From positions 1-28,701 of the IMG/VR virus record IMGVR_UViG_3300032112_000001: DNA of 28,701 nucleotides; one strand, given 5' to 3'. The translations under genes and the position numbers were made by a program. This document shows, piece after piece, positions 15,101 to 24,469 of this stretch. Every line of letters starts with the position of its first letter. Position 1 is the first letter of the stretch. Under the pieces are notes generated by a model. That model searched no databases. It was not told where the DNA came from and saw only the letters and a list, made by a program, of their open reading frames with translations. Origin of the DNA: a virus. Its lineage: Duplodnaviria > Caudoviricetes.

Positions 15101-15745
15101 ATGGCAACAGCAATCGTATGGAAAAACGTTGCGGTGTCGATGCAATCAGCGATTGCCGCCACCAAGACTATCACCGGAATAACCAAGGCAAGCCCCGGCG
15201 TCGTTACCTCGACCGCTCACGGGTACTCCAACGGTGACTATGTATACCTTGAGGTCCAGGGTATGCACCAGGTCAATGGGCGCGTTTTCCGCGTCGCCTC
15301 AGTAGCAACCGATACCTTCGCTCTTGAGGGCGAGGACACCACCAATTTTGACACGTTCTCCAGCGGCACGGCTCAGAAGCTGACAATGGGGACGACCATT
15401 TCCTCGGCTATCGACGTATCTGCGTCGGGTGGTGAGTTTGACAAGATCGACACCACCACCATTCATGCCGCACAAAAGTCCGAGATGCCTGGTCTGCCGA
15501 GCGCAATCAGCTACACCATGAACCACATCTGGGATCCGACCGACGCAGGCCAGATCGCTATGAAAGCAGCGAATGACGTTCAGGGCAAACGGGCGTTTAA
15601 GTTCCAGTTCGGCACCGGTGGAAGGATCATTCTTTTTGCCGGTTATGTTGGATTTGTCGGCCTCCCCGGTGGATCGGCGCAGGACAAGGTAACAACAAGC
15701 GCCGTAATCACAATGAACGGAACGCCGACATACTACAGTTCTTAA
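15101..15745 (+). CDS. major tail tube protein
   Basis: TITGITKASPGVVT..AHG.SNGD N-terminal insertion; SGGE.....T.......PG, DP.DAGQ; AAGGAG RBS. Confidence 0.88.
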   Translation: MATAIVWKNVAVSMQSAIAATKTITGITKASPGVVTSTAHGYSNGDYVYLEVQGMHQVNGRVFRVASVATDTFALEGEDTTNFDTFSSGTAQKLTMGTTISSAIDVSASGGEFDKIDTTTIHAAQKSEMPGLPSAISYTMNHIWDPTDAGQIAMKAANDVQGKRAFKFQFGTGGRIILFAGYVGFVGLPGGSAQDKVTTSAVITMNGTPTYYSS

Positions 15746-15768
15746 TTTAGCAGCATAGGGGGACAACC

Positions 15769-16089
15769 ATGCTCAAAATCAATCCAGATCCAGAGTTTAC
15801 AGTAGACGTCAAAATAACGGTTCCAGGGCAGGAAGATCCTGCCCTGGTCAGCATCACCTTCCGCTATCTCACGATCAAGCAGATGACAGAAAAGCGGGAA
15901 GAGTTGAAAGCAAACAAAGCCGTATCAGACGCTGACTTCCTCGACGAGTTAATCGTCAAATGGAAGGGATTCGACCAGGAGTACAGCAAGGAAACGCTCG
16001 AAAAGTTTCTTGAAAATTACCCGACCGCTGGCGGAGAGATTGTCACTCAGTACAACAAACACCTTTTAGTCAGCAGAGTAAAAAACTAG
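15769..16089 (+). CDS. tail assembly chaperone (lambda G analogue)
   Basis: P.F...V.I.VPG, I..W.GFD.EYS.E.L..FL.NYP; ends R-V-K-N at a slippery site. Confidence 0.85.
   Translation: MLKINPDPEFTVDVKITVPGQEDPALVSITFRYLTIKQMTEKREELKANKAVSDADFLDELIVKWKGFDQEYSKETLEKFLENYPTAGGEIVTQYNKHLLVSRVKN
16080..16086 (+). other. programmed -1 ribosomal frameshift heptamer A AAA AAC
   Basis: X XXY YYZ heptamer in frame directly before the TAG; -1 frame continues into the DUF1799-like ORF. Confidence 0.85.
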
Positions 16090-16424
16090 AAGCTGTCGCC
16101 GCTGAACTCGTAGGCGGCGGCAGCGATCCGAACGAGGCAAGCAGCAGGCTTGGACTACCGGCCGATTTAATCAGCGAGGCTGAGAACTTCAGGCATTCCG
16201 ATGGAATATACCCAGACAACATCACAACGGTTGAGGTTTTCATGTGCATGCTGACACAGTGGCGCATGGGGCCGTCTGGTGCGATTGGGCTTGATTACGG
16301 AGTGCTGCCGGTGGTGATGAGATACAGTGAGGTCGCAAGGGAAGAGCGGGCAGACGTTTTTGACGGAGTGCGGGTGATGGAGATGGTTGCGCTTCGTGTT
16401 ATGCGGGAAAAACGGGGGAAATAA
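16086..16424 (+). CDS. frameshifted chaperone extension (lambda T analogue, DUF1799-like)
   Basis: -1 frame open from 16086; YPDN...VEVF..M.TQWR.G..G.IGLDY...VME..AL. Confidence 0.85.
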   Translation, partial: LEAVAAELVGGGSDPNEASSRLGLPADLISEAENFRHSDGIYPDNITTVEVFMCMLTQWRMGPSGAIGLDYGVLPVVMRYSEVAREERADVFDGVRVMEMVALRVMREKRGK

Positions 16425-19400
16425 GTGGCAAAGATTCCCGAAATATTCGTCGACCTGAAGGCCAATACCGCAGAGTTCGAGAAGGACATGCGGAAGGCCA
16501 AGCAGATTGCATCCGAGTCTGCAAAGGGGATATCAACCGCGCTCAATGGTGCTCTGTCTTCTACGCAAGTAAGCAAGGGGACAAATTCACTTATCAATAG
16601 CCTTGGCAATCTGAACAAGGCGTCAAAAGTATCATCTCAGACATTCAAGCAACTTGGCGTCGATCTTGGATCGCTCCAGCGAGTAACCGGTGTCACCGGG
16701 GCGCAGTTCCAGGCGCTGCAATCCAAGATGCTGGCGACAGCTGGCGCGAAGGCACAGGAAAAAGCGCTCCGTGATATAGCTCGTCAAGCTGACCTTACAG
16801 AGAAGGAAATACGTGAGCTTGGGTCACAGTTTGGGCTTTCGAAGAAGCAGATTGACCAAGTAACCGGGACCACTGGCAAGGCAACACAGTCATTTTCGGT
16901 GTTGGGCGGTGCTGTTCGTGCCGCGCTTGCGTACTTCTCAATTGACGCAGTTGTCGGCTTTGCGAGATCAGTCGTCCAGACAGGAGTACAGGTTGACTCT
17001 CTCAATCGCTCTTTTGTCGCGATAACAGGCTCGGCGCAAGCTGCACAAAAGGAATTTGATTTCCTGCGCGAGACTGCCAACCGAACGGGTCAGAATTTTT
17101 ATGCTCTGACTGATTCCTACCGTCAACTGACTGCATCAACCCAAGGAACAAAGATAGCCGGTGAAGAGACGCGCAGAGTGTTCTCGTCGATGTCTGAGGC
17201 CGCTGCTGTTCTCGGGATGAGCAATCAACAGCTTGAACTATCATTCAAGGCATTTGCACAGATGGCAGGCAAGGGCGTCGTGCAGATGGAGGAACTCAAG
17301 GGGCAGTTGGGTGACTCGCTTCCTGGCGCTGTCAATATCGCCGCGCAAGCAATGGGCGTATCGGTCAAGCGACTAATGGAGATGTCTGCTGCCGGGGAGT
17401 TGCTTGCTGAAGATTTGCTGCCGAAGATGGCGGACCAGTTGCACAAGATGTATGGCGAGGCCGCCAATACTGCGGCACTTGAATCAGGCATTGCCGCAAT
17501 CAATCGATTCAACCAAGCATGGACTGATCTCAAGGCCAGTTTGTACGACAACAAGGCCTTTGTTGCTGCTGCCGATGCACTCTCGACGGCCTTCAATTTT
17601 TACGCTGATGCTCTGAAGGATGATACCAGCATCAACGGCATAAAGGAGCAGATAGAAGAGCAAGGCGCAGCACTTGAGCACAACAAGGCATTATTAGATG
17701 AGTATCAAAGCGGGTGGGTTAAAGGTAGCCCGCAGACAATAAGCGAACTCACCACCAAGATAAAAGACCAAGGAACCGCTCTTGAAGGACTGAAACTCAG
17801 ATTACTTGAGGCCCAAAATGCCGCCGATCCCGCAGTAAAGGCTGCTGTTGAAGCTGGCTCAAAGATGACCGATTCGTGGGTCAAGGCTGGCGAACAAAAG
17901 GCAGAAGCTATAACCCGCGCACAGAAGATGGAATCTGAGGCGCTTGCTGCACAGGCAAAGGAAGAAGAGCAAGCCGCCAGGAAATCGATAGAGGCCAATA
18001 AACAACGCGCAGAGCAACAGGCGGCAATCATGGTCGAGATGACCGACATGATAAAAACGTCTGCCATGACTCAGACCGAGATAGAACTGCACGAATTGGA
18101 GAAACGCAAGGCCGCTCATATGGAGGCGGCAAAAGGCAACATCCAGTTACAGCGAACCGTAACAGAGGCTTACGCTGCCGAGCAGAACAGGCTGACAATG
18201 CTTATCGAGGCAGGCGTTGATAAGCGAACAGCGGCAGAACGCGAAAGCCTGGAGCAGATGAAAGACGGCTGGCTGACGTTCAACGAGGGCAAGGCTGAAG
18301 CAGCAAAACGAGCAGGGGAAGAAATACAGCAGGCAGAGAAGGAGACCACCACAGTATTCATCGATGAATGGAGCAACGCGCTTGAATCGGTGCAATCATC
18401 TCTGGCGGATATGATCTACGAGTTCGATTTTTCGATGGACTCGATACTCGACATATTCAAGCGGATGCTTGCTGAGATGCTGGCTGCTATAGCCATGAGC
18501 GGTATCAAGGACGCACTGCTCGGCCTGTTCGATATCGGCGGCGGTGGCGGCGGAATACTTGGCGGGCTTGCATCATTGCTCGGCGGCAGCAAAGAGGGCG
18601 GTGGTGGCGGTGGCGGTGGTGTGCTTTCTGCGCTATCAAGCACACTGAGCGCTGGCAAGATAATTTCCACCGTCAAGGGCTGGCTAGGCATAAGCGGTGC
18701 CGCATCCGGCAGTGGAGTAGCGGCAGGAACAGGCGTTGCCGGAACAAGCGGGTTCTTCGCTGGCACAGGTTCAGGCGTCGGTGGGAGCGCTGCGACAACT
18801 GCCGCAGGAGGAACAGCAGCCACAAGCGGCGGAGGGATGGGATTTTCTGCCGCAGGACTAGGCGCAGTAGCCACGTATGCAACAGTTGCCGCTGCGGTGG
18901 TGATGGTTGCCAAGGGCATCATCGACAAGTCAAGCAGGCCAAATGCCGCGAACGAAATCGATTACGCAGGAGTAACGCCGGCTAATCTGCAATCGATGAA
19001 TGACCAGTGGGTGAAGCTCAACAACACCGTGCTGGCTTCGATCCCCGGTTTCCAGCAATACGAATCAGCGATTTACTCGGCAAACAACTCCCTACTCGTT
19101 GCAACCGGAGCAACCGGAACGATTGCCCTGAAATACGACGAGTCTGCAGCTGCAGGAAATAGATGGTCTGCTTTTCTGACAGCGGCGTCCGGTGCGTTGA
19201 TGGACGCAACATCGAAAGCAGATTCTTTTCGGGCCGGTATCGAGGGGAGTGGCGCGGAGCTTGGCAAGACGTCTTCATTGGCCGAGGCAAGCCGCAGCAA
19301 TCTTGAAGGGCTGAACTCCATACTGTCAGACACGGCCACGGCGGTGTCAACCCTTAGCTCTGCATCTCAAGACGCCGCATCGGGAATACTTGGTGCCGCC

Positions 19401-19745
19401 GGCGATATGCGGTCAATCATGCGGAGCCTGCAGCAAACAGCGGTCTATCCTGCTGGCGGCGGAGTTTCATACCACGCTGACGGCGGGATCTTCACCAGGC
19501 CGACAAGGTGGGGATCTCACATAATTGGGGAGTCCGGCGCAGAGGCACTTGTCCCCCTGCCCTCGCCGGACATCCTCAGCCAGATCGCCAGCAAGCTGGA
19601 CAAGATCAGCACCGGAGGCGGAGCAGCGCCGGTCGTCCATGTCTATATCGGAAACGAAAAGCTCGACGCCCGCATCCAGGTTGTATCCGACCGTCTCGAC
19701 GCAGACCGTGATCCGCTTGCCAGGGGCAGGAGGTATGTAGGATGA
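16425..19745 (+). CDS. tail tape measure protein
   Basis: 1106 aa, helical and Ala-rich; QMAGKGVVQMEELKGQLGDSLPGA tape-measure domain; Gly-rich segment; C-terminal HADGGIF..PT...GESGAEALVPL. Confidence 0.93.
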   Translation: MAKIPEIFVDLKANTAEFEKDMRKAKQIASESAKGISTALNGALSSTQVSKGTNSLINSLGNLNKASKVSSQTFKQLGVDLGSLQRVTGVTGAQFQALQSKMLATAGAKAQEKALRDIARQADLTEKEIRELGSQFGLSKKQIDQVTGTTGKATQSFSVLGGAVRAALAYFSIDAVVGFARSVVQTGVQVDSLNRSFVAITGSAQAAQKEFDFLRETANRTGQNFYALTDSYRQLTASTQGTKIAGEETRRVFSSMSEAAAVLGMSNQQLELSFKAFAQMAGKGVVQMEELKGQLGDSLPGAVNIAAQAMGVSVKRLMEMSAAGELLAEDLLPKMADQLHKMYGEAANTAALESGIAAINRFNQAWTDLKASLYDNKAFVAAADALSTAFNFYADALKDDTSINGIKEQIEEQGAALEHNKALLDEYQSGWVKGSPQTISELTTKIKDQGTALEGLKLRLLEAQNAADPAVKAAVEAGSKMTDSWVKAGEQKAEAITRAQKMESEALAAQAKEEEQAARKSIEANKQRAEQQAAIMVEMTDMIKTSAMTQTEIELHELEKRKAAHMEAAKGNIQLQRTVTEAYAAEQNRLTMLIEAGVDKRTAAERESLEQMKDGWLTFNEGKAEAAKRAGEEIQQAEKETTTVFIDEWSNALESVQSSLADMIYEFDFSMDSILDIFKRMLAEMLAAIAMSGIKDALLGLFDIGGGGGGILGGLASLLGGSKEGGGGGGGGVLSALSSTLSAGKIISTVKGWLGISGAASGSGVAAGTGVAGTSGFFAGTGSGVGGSAATTAAGGTAATSGGGMGFSAAGLGAVATYATVAAAVVMVAKGIIDKSSRPNAANEIDYAGVTPANLQSMNDQWVKLNNTVLASIPGFQQYESAIYSANNSLLVATGATGTIALKYDESAAAGNRWSAFLTAASGALMDATSKADSFRAGIEGSGAELGKTSSLAEASRSNLEGLNSILSDTATAVSTLSSASQDAASGILGAAGDMRSIMRSLQQTAVYPAGGGVSYHADGGIFTRPTRWGSHIIGESGAEALVPLPSPDILSQIASKLDKISTGGGAAPVVHVYIGNEKLDARIQVVSDRLDADRDPLARGRRYVG

Positions 19746-20743
19746 TGCTCTGCGAGCTCACACCGGCCGGCGGGAATTTGATCAGGTGCGCGATGTCTGA
19801 TTTCGCAGATATCCACCTCTGGCGGTCGTACATCGTGAGCCTGCCGAGCGTCAAACTGACAATGCCGAACCGGTGGGGCGGGTTTGCCGCGCCGCCGGAT
19901 TGGGCGGATCTGGCTTTTTCCCCCGATATGTTCGTCGATGCCGATATCTGGCCACCTCCAGAGACCGCAACGGTCAAATTGCGATGGATAACCGACGGAG
20001 ACGAGACCGGAGGTACGATCATTTTCGACGGCACGGCAACAGTTGAAGATCCGGGCTTGACCGCGATCAAGTACAAACTGCGGCGGCCGGAAAATACAAC
20101 GACGGTTGCAGAGTCGACTGTCTACAATGACACGCTGGCCAATGTGATGACCACGCTCTGTGGGGCATCCTATCTCAATCTGACGATAGATACCACAAGG
20201 GCCAGAATCCCGTCGCCGGCAGTCAGCTATACTACCACCAGCGAGCAGCTGACCATCGAACTGGCAACGAGTCTCTGCGCGTTTTTCGGGCATGGTTTTT
20301 ACGTCGAGGGCGGGACGCTTTACCTGATCGATATGTACGACCTGACAACCACGCAGAGGACTGTCAACGAGTGGGATGGCGATATCACCGAGTCGACATA
20401 CAAGCACGGAACGCGCTACAGCACGGCAAAGTGCGGCGACTACTCCGTTGCCTCTTCCACAGTAACCAACGGCGAAGAATTGAGCATTTCAACGGCATAC
20501 CACGGCACGCAGGCAAACATCGAGTCGGCGCTGGCCATCATCCTTGAGATTGCCAATCGACCAATCGTGGAGCTCGACGCGATGATCGGCGACAACCCGC
20601 TGACGGTTGGCGGCTGTTATGTCTGCAACGACAACAACCACGCGATGCCGCTGCAGCTGATTATGGTGGCGTCGGATGTCGTCTACAATTTTGACAACGA
20701 AACAATGCAGGCCGTCGGAGCCGGGTCGGTGACAGCGATATGA
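19742..20743 (+). CDS. putative tail tip protein (hub-like)
   Basis: Directly after the tape measure gene, coupled; beta-rich, IFDGTA motif; family not recognised. Confidence 0.6.
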   Translation: MMLCELTPAGGNLIRCAMSDFADIHLWRSYIVSLPSVKLTMPNRWGGFAAPPDWADLAFSPDMFVDADIWPPPETATVKLRWITDGDETGGTIIFDGTATVEDPGLTAIKYKLRRPENTTTVAESTVYNDTLANVMTTLCGASYLNLTIDTTRARIPSPAVSYTTTSEQLTIELATSLCAFFGHGFYVEGGTLYLIDMYDLTTTQRTVNEWDGDITESTYKHGTRYSTAKCGDYSVASSTVTNGEELSISTAYHGTQANIESALAIILEIANRPIVELDAMIGDNPLTVGGCYVCNDNNHAMPLQLIMVASDVVYNFDNETMQAVGAGSVTAI

Positions 20744-21510
20744 AACACATACTGATCAACCAGATCGTTGATATATCGGCCAACTACGAAAACGGCAATT
20801 TCCCGGCGTCGAACCTGCTCGACATGAGACCGAAGCGTATCTGGTCGGCCGGAGGCATCCGCGTAAACGCGACCATTGCTCTCGAGGTATCCGGCAATAT
20901 TTCAGATATCGCCATTTTCAACACCAATGCCAAAACCGCGACATTCGCGGCGTCCGATCCGTGTGAGATTGAATGGGCCGAAACAGACGCATGGGCCGAA
21001 ACAGACACCTGGGCAAACAGCGGCATCGGAACGATAACAGGAACGGTCACGCAGGTTAGCAATTCAGATGCTCTGTGGATCTCGTTGTCGACGCCGATCA
21101 CCGTTCCGTGTGTGATGTCTATCAACCTGACGTCAACCGGCTCTGAGGTGCTGTATGCCGGCGCAATTGTCGCGGGAATGGCCGAGGACTACGGCGGGGC
21201 GAATTTCCGATATGGGGCCGGCGAGCAGCTGGTTGACTACTCGATTGTCAGTCAAAACAGCGCCGGCAGCAGGTACTACAAAAAACGCGACATCGTCAGG
21301 CAGGTACAGCTGACCGCTCTCATGCTGCGGACCGAATCGACCAAGCTGCTCGACACCGTCAGGAATTACGGGGCCGTGCCGTCAGCCTGGAAACTGTACC
21401 AGGACGACGCCGCGACCGACGACATAATGCTGGCATATCCGACAGTCTCCAGATCGATAGATCATCGCCTGCATGACAATATAACGCTCACTCTCAATGA
21501 GGTGGCTTGA
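20740..21510 (+). CDS. putative tail tip protein (distal-tail-like C-terminus)
   Basis: N-terminal FPASNLLD.RP...W jelly-roll-like part; C-terminal YG.....DYS......G..Y...R..VR pattern. Confidence 0.6.
   Translation: MKHILINQIVDISANYENGNFPASNLLDMRPKRIWSAGGIRVNATIALEVSGNISDIAIFNTNAKTATFAASDPCEIEWAETDAWAETDTWANSGIGTITGTVTQVSNSDALWISLSTPITVPCVMSINLTSTGSEVLYAGAIVAGMAEDYGGANFRYGAGEQLVDYSIVSQNSAGSRYYKKRDIVRQVQLTALMLRTESTKLLDTVRNYGAVPSAWKLYQDDAATDDIMLAYPTVSRSIDHRLHDNITLTLNEVA
20973..21020 (+). repeat. 18-bp in-frame tandem repeat (WAETDA WAETDT WAN)
   Basis: ATGGGCCGAAACAGACGC / ATGGGCCGAAACAGACAC / degenerate CTGGGCAAACAG. Confidence 0.85.
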
Positions 21511-22472
21511 TGGGAATCAAACGATGGAACAGGACAGTATTGACCGGCGGCGGAGCAACGGCGCTGGACGGTATTGCAATTGCCTCTCTGACCGACGGCG
21601 ACCGGGCAGACGTGGTTGTCGAGGCCGACGGAAACAAATACTACTTCTATGTTTTTGACTCTGCGGCAACCGACGCCGAATCGTCCCCGAATGTAATCCG
21701 GCCTGACGATTACAGCACGGCAGGCGTTTGGAAGCTGGCGTCATCGCCATACGGCGACCTCCAGGTGCAGGTCGAGGTCGTTTCAGGCCTGCCGATCAAC
21801 GGCAATATCACCGGTGGCGACATCAGCCGTGCCAGCAACACGACGCTCACGGTCTCGCCGATTACCTGCCTCGATAGTGGACTGACCACCAAGCTCTACA
21901 AGTCGACAGATACCACGTTCACGGTCCCGCACACAGGTAGTCTATCTGCGAACACCATTTACCACACCTTCCTGGTCAAGCTGGCCGTCGGCGGCACGTT
22001 CGAGTTTCGCACGTATACCACAGAGGCGGCTGTCGCCAGTGATGCCGACGTTTCAAAGTATCGCTGGATCGGCGCCTGGTTGACAAACGGCAGTTCTCAG
22101 CTTGTCCAGGGTCTGCAGGTCGGTGATCTGTTCACGTTTGGCAAGGCCAGTGAGACAATCATCACAGGGTCGCTGACTACATCCTACGCCACCTATAGCC
22201 ATTCATCGCTGCTGCCGACAAGCCGTGTCAGGGAAATAGAATACGGCGTAAATGGGGCTGAGGGGATTGTCTTTTCGTCGCTCGATGGGACGAATCTGGA
22301 GGAATATATCGGGTACTCATACGTTGCTGATGGCCAGGGCGATACGCAGCAGGGGGCATTCGGGCATTGCAGGCCGCACGCTGGTCTGATGCCATTTACT
22401 ACCGCCAGGCAGTTCAAATCGTCAGCATCAGGAACAGACCTTCTGTGTAAAAAAGTCAGGTGGAAACGGTAA
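21510..22472 (+). CDS. putative tail fibre / receptor-binding protein
   Basis: N-terminal LTGGG..ALDGI...L.DGD...Y.FD......ESSP.VI.PDD....GVW anchor-like module; YRWIG..LT motif; followed by a DUF4376-like gene. Confidence 0.6.
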   Translation: MGIKRWNRTVLTGGGATALDGIAIASLTDGDRADVVVEADGNKYYFYVFDSAATDAESSPNVIRPDDYSTAGVWKLASSPYGDLQVQVEVVSGLPINGNITGGDISRASNTTLTVSPITCLDSGLTTKLYKSTDTTFTVPHTGSLSANTIYHTFLVKLAVGGTFEFRTYTTEAAVASDADVSKYRWIGAWLTNGSSQLVQGLQVGDLFTFGKASETIITGSLTTSYATYSHSSLLPTSRVREIEYGVNGAEGIVFSSLDGTNLEEYIGYSYVADGQGDTQQGAFGHCRPHAGLMPFTTARQFKSSASGTDLLCKKVRWKR

Positions 22473-23029
22473 TGCTACGCGACCTCATATTTTCACTATC
22501 AGACAATCGCGGAATCGGCTACGACCGAGCGCCCGGGGACGGCGAATACATGCGCCGATGGAAACAGTCTGATTGCGGCTGGTTTTTCTCAGCACCGCGG
22601 CGCTACGAGTGGACCGGCACTGCGCTCGTTGAGTTCGCCGGATGGCAGGCAGAGCAGGACGCGCTTGCGCTGGCGGCAGCGCAGGAGCAGATGACAGCGG
22701 CGATCATCGCAGAGGAGGACCGGCGCAGCTGGTTGCCTATCGAGCATCCGAACGGAAGCGGGGTTTTCCATAAATCGACGTCTGCCATCACCGAGACCAT
22801 TCACCGGTTTGCCGGAATTACTCCGACAGATCCGCTGCCGATCAACGGCGGCAATTGGGATGACGTCAACGGGACACCGGTGCCGTTCACCTATCAGGAT
22901 CTTATTGATCTGCGGAACGCGATTTATGATCGGGCAGCATACAACTACGGGGTGCGGAAATACCACGTTGCAGCGATGCTCGCATCTGCCGATCCGCTTT
23001 CCTATGACTTCTCGGGGGGCTGGCAATGA
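22472..23029 (+). CDS. DUF4376-like tail-fibre-associated protein
   Basis: W.D.NG..VPFT..DL..L...I...A pattern, terminal YDFSGGW; TAATG coupling. Confidence 0.6.
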   Translation: MLRDLIFSLSDNRGIGYDRAPGDGEYMRRWKQSDCGWFFSAPRRYEWTGTALVEFAGWQAEQDALALAAAQEQMTAAIIAEEDRRSWLPIEHPNGSGVFHKSTSAITETIHRFAGITPTDPLPINGGNWDDVNGTPVPFTYQDLIDLRNAIYDRAAYNYGVRKYHVAAMLASADPLSYDFSGGWQ

Positions 23030-23445
23030 AAAGAACCCTGCTGATGATCGTTTGCGCCATGCTGCTGTCTGCCTGCGGAGACAGAGACAAGCCGAGCGCG
23101 TCAGTCAGCGATACGGCCGCAGTGTATAATCCAGCCGCGATGGATGACGAAGACCAAGCGCTGAACGAGTCGAGTGCTGCATCAGGCCAGTGCACGACAT
23201 ATCACTCGACGCGGATGAACAGCGGCAGACGGTTGTGGAAGATCAACCGCCCACTGTGGAAATACGCCAGATACGCCTCTGTACGATTCAACAGCGGATA
23301 CTATGTGCCTCGCGTGGTGTTGGCCAAAGCGAACCGGACGCGCTCCGGGTTCGTTTTTCGGCCAGGGCAAACGACAAAGGGCATTATCGCAATTTGGGCG
23401 CCGCGTGGCGACAAATCCACAGCGGTAACGGTCTGTTTACAGTGA
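23026..23445 (+). CDS. lipoprotein
   Basis: MKR + hydrophobic stretch + lipobox LSAC (Cys17); basic C-terminal domain. Confidence 0.75.
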   Translation: MKRTLLMIVCAMLLSACGDRDKPSASVSDTAAVYNPAAMDDEDQALNESSAASGQCTTYHSTRMNSGRRLWKINRPLWKYARYASVRFNSGYYVPRVVLAKANRTRSGFVFRPGQTTKGIIAIWAPRGDKSTAVTVCLQ

Positions 23446-23456
23446 CGGGGGATGAA

Positions 23457-24020
23457 ATGAAAAACATTATTTTGGCAGTATTGGCAGTCAGTTTGTTGAG
23501 CGGGTGCGCTACCGAGTTTATCGCCACCAACGACCAGATCGCAGCGGCGAACGAGGGAAAGTTGGTGGCATACGGCCAGGCGATGGCCGCATGTGGTGAG
23601 AATGCCGGGTGTCAAGTTGGTGTATCAATGGCGTATGCGGCCAGAGTAGGTGATCAGGATTTCATCAAGCCTGAGAGAACTGCCGAGGTACTTGGAGCAT
23701 GGGTTCCGTTCGCCTCTCTTGGCCTTCAGGCGTTCGATATGTTCTACGGAGGCGGCCCGAACGGAACGGGATCAGCCGGCTACGTCGTGACGGGCAACAA
23801 CAATACATTCAGCGGCGTCGGAAATGCGCTTGAGGCGTCTGGTGGATCAACCGTAACCGCGCCGTTCTCGTCGTCGAACTCGTTCTCATGGTCTACAGGC
23901 AATCGTGATTACACAATAGGCGGCACAGCAGGCGAGATAACCGGAGACGGCATTGTTGACACGTATCCGGACACCACCGAAACCAGCGACGGCGAGACGG
24001 TCGAGGTCACGGCTGACTGA
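23457..24020 (+). CDS. lipoprotein
   Basis: MKNIILAVLAVSLLSGC lipobox (Cys17); GGGGGA RBS; Gly/Ser/Thr-rich acidic C-terminus. Confidence 0.8.
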   Translation: MKNIILAVLAVSLLSGCATEFIATNDQIAAANEGKLVAYGQAMAACGENAGCQVGVSMAYAARVGDQDFIKPERTAEVLGAWVPFASLGLQAFDMFYGGGPNGTGSAGYVVTGNNNTFSGVGNALEASGGSTVTAPFSSSNSFSWSTGNRDYTIGGTAGEITGDGIVDTYPDTTETSDGETVEVTAD

Positions 24021-24169
24021 TGAAAAAGGTCTGCGTATGCGGGCATGTGAGGGTTTTTGGATCGCATTGCCCGGTGTGCGGATTGTCTGAAGAAGAAAGC
24101 ACCGAGCGAATCAGGGAAACACAGGAACGATACCGGCGCAGGATTGAAGATGACGACAGCGAAGAATGA
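24020..24169 (+). CDS. 49-aa zinc-ribbon microprotein (absent from ORF track)
   Basis: MKKVCVCGHVRVFGSHCPVCGLSEEESTERIRETQERYRRRIEDDDSEE; TGATG and ATGA coupling. Confidence 0.6.
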   Translation: MKKVCVCGHVRVFGSHCPVCGLSEEESTERIRETQERYRRRIEDDDSEE

Positions 24170-24240
24170 AGATCTGTATTAACTGCGGCGGAGAGTACAG
24201 CGGTCATCGTTGCCCGCATTGCGGGATGTGCGATGAATGA
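24166..24240 (+). CDS. 24-aa zinc-ribbon microprotein (absent from ORF track)
   Basis: MKICINCGGEYSGHRCPHCGMCDE; ATGA coupling upstream, overlaps the next start. Confidence 0.5.
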   Translation: MKICINCGGEYSGHRCPHCGMCDE

Positions 24241-24469
24241 GGAATTGCAACTCAGCCTGGAGGGTTTGGGTATGCGAGTCATCAAGGAGCGACACATTAT
24301 AATGGTGCGTATGGAAGAGGGCATCACTCGCGTTTTCGATAAAGAGTGCATCGATGAAAAAGCCTTCGCGTGCAGCGCTTTCGACGTGAACGGCCCGCTG
24401 GCTCAGTGCCAAAGAATGTACACGGAATGGACGGGATGCAAAATATGTAGGGGGGATTATCGTGAATAG
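24233..24469 (+). CDS. Cys-containing hypothetical protein
   Basis: 78 aa, five Cys; overlaps both neighbours. Confidence 0.55.
   Translation: MNEELQLSLEGLGMRVIKERHIIMVRMEEGITRVFDKECIDEKAFACSAFDVNGPLAQCQRMYTEWTGCKICRGDYRE

Noticed and set aside
18537-18620. GGC/GGT triplet runs in the tape measure gene
   Set aside because: They encode ordinary Gly-rich linkers common in tape measure proteins
23190-23456. Long upstream ORF extensions (23190; also 24895, 24635, 12490, 5416, 2311)
   Set aside because: They overlap other genes; downstream ATGs have an RBS, coupling or signal peptides
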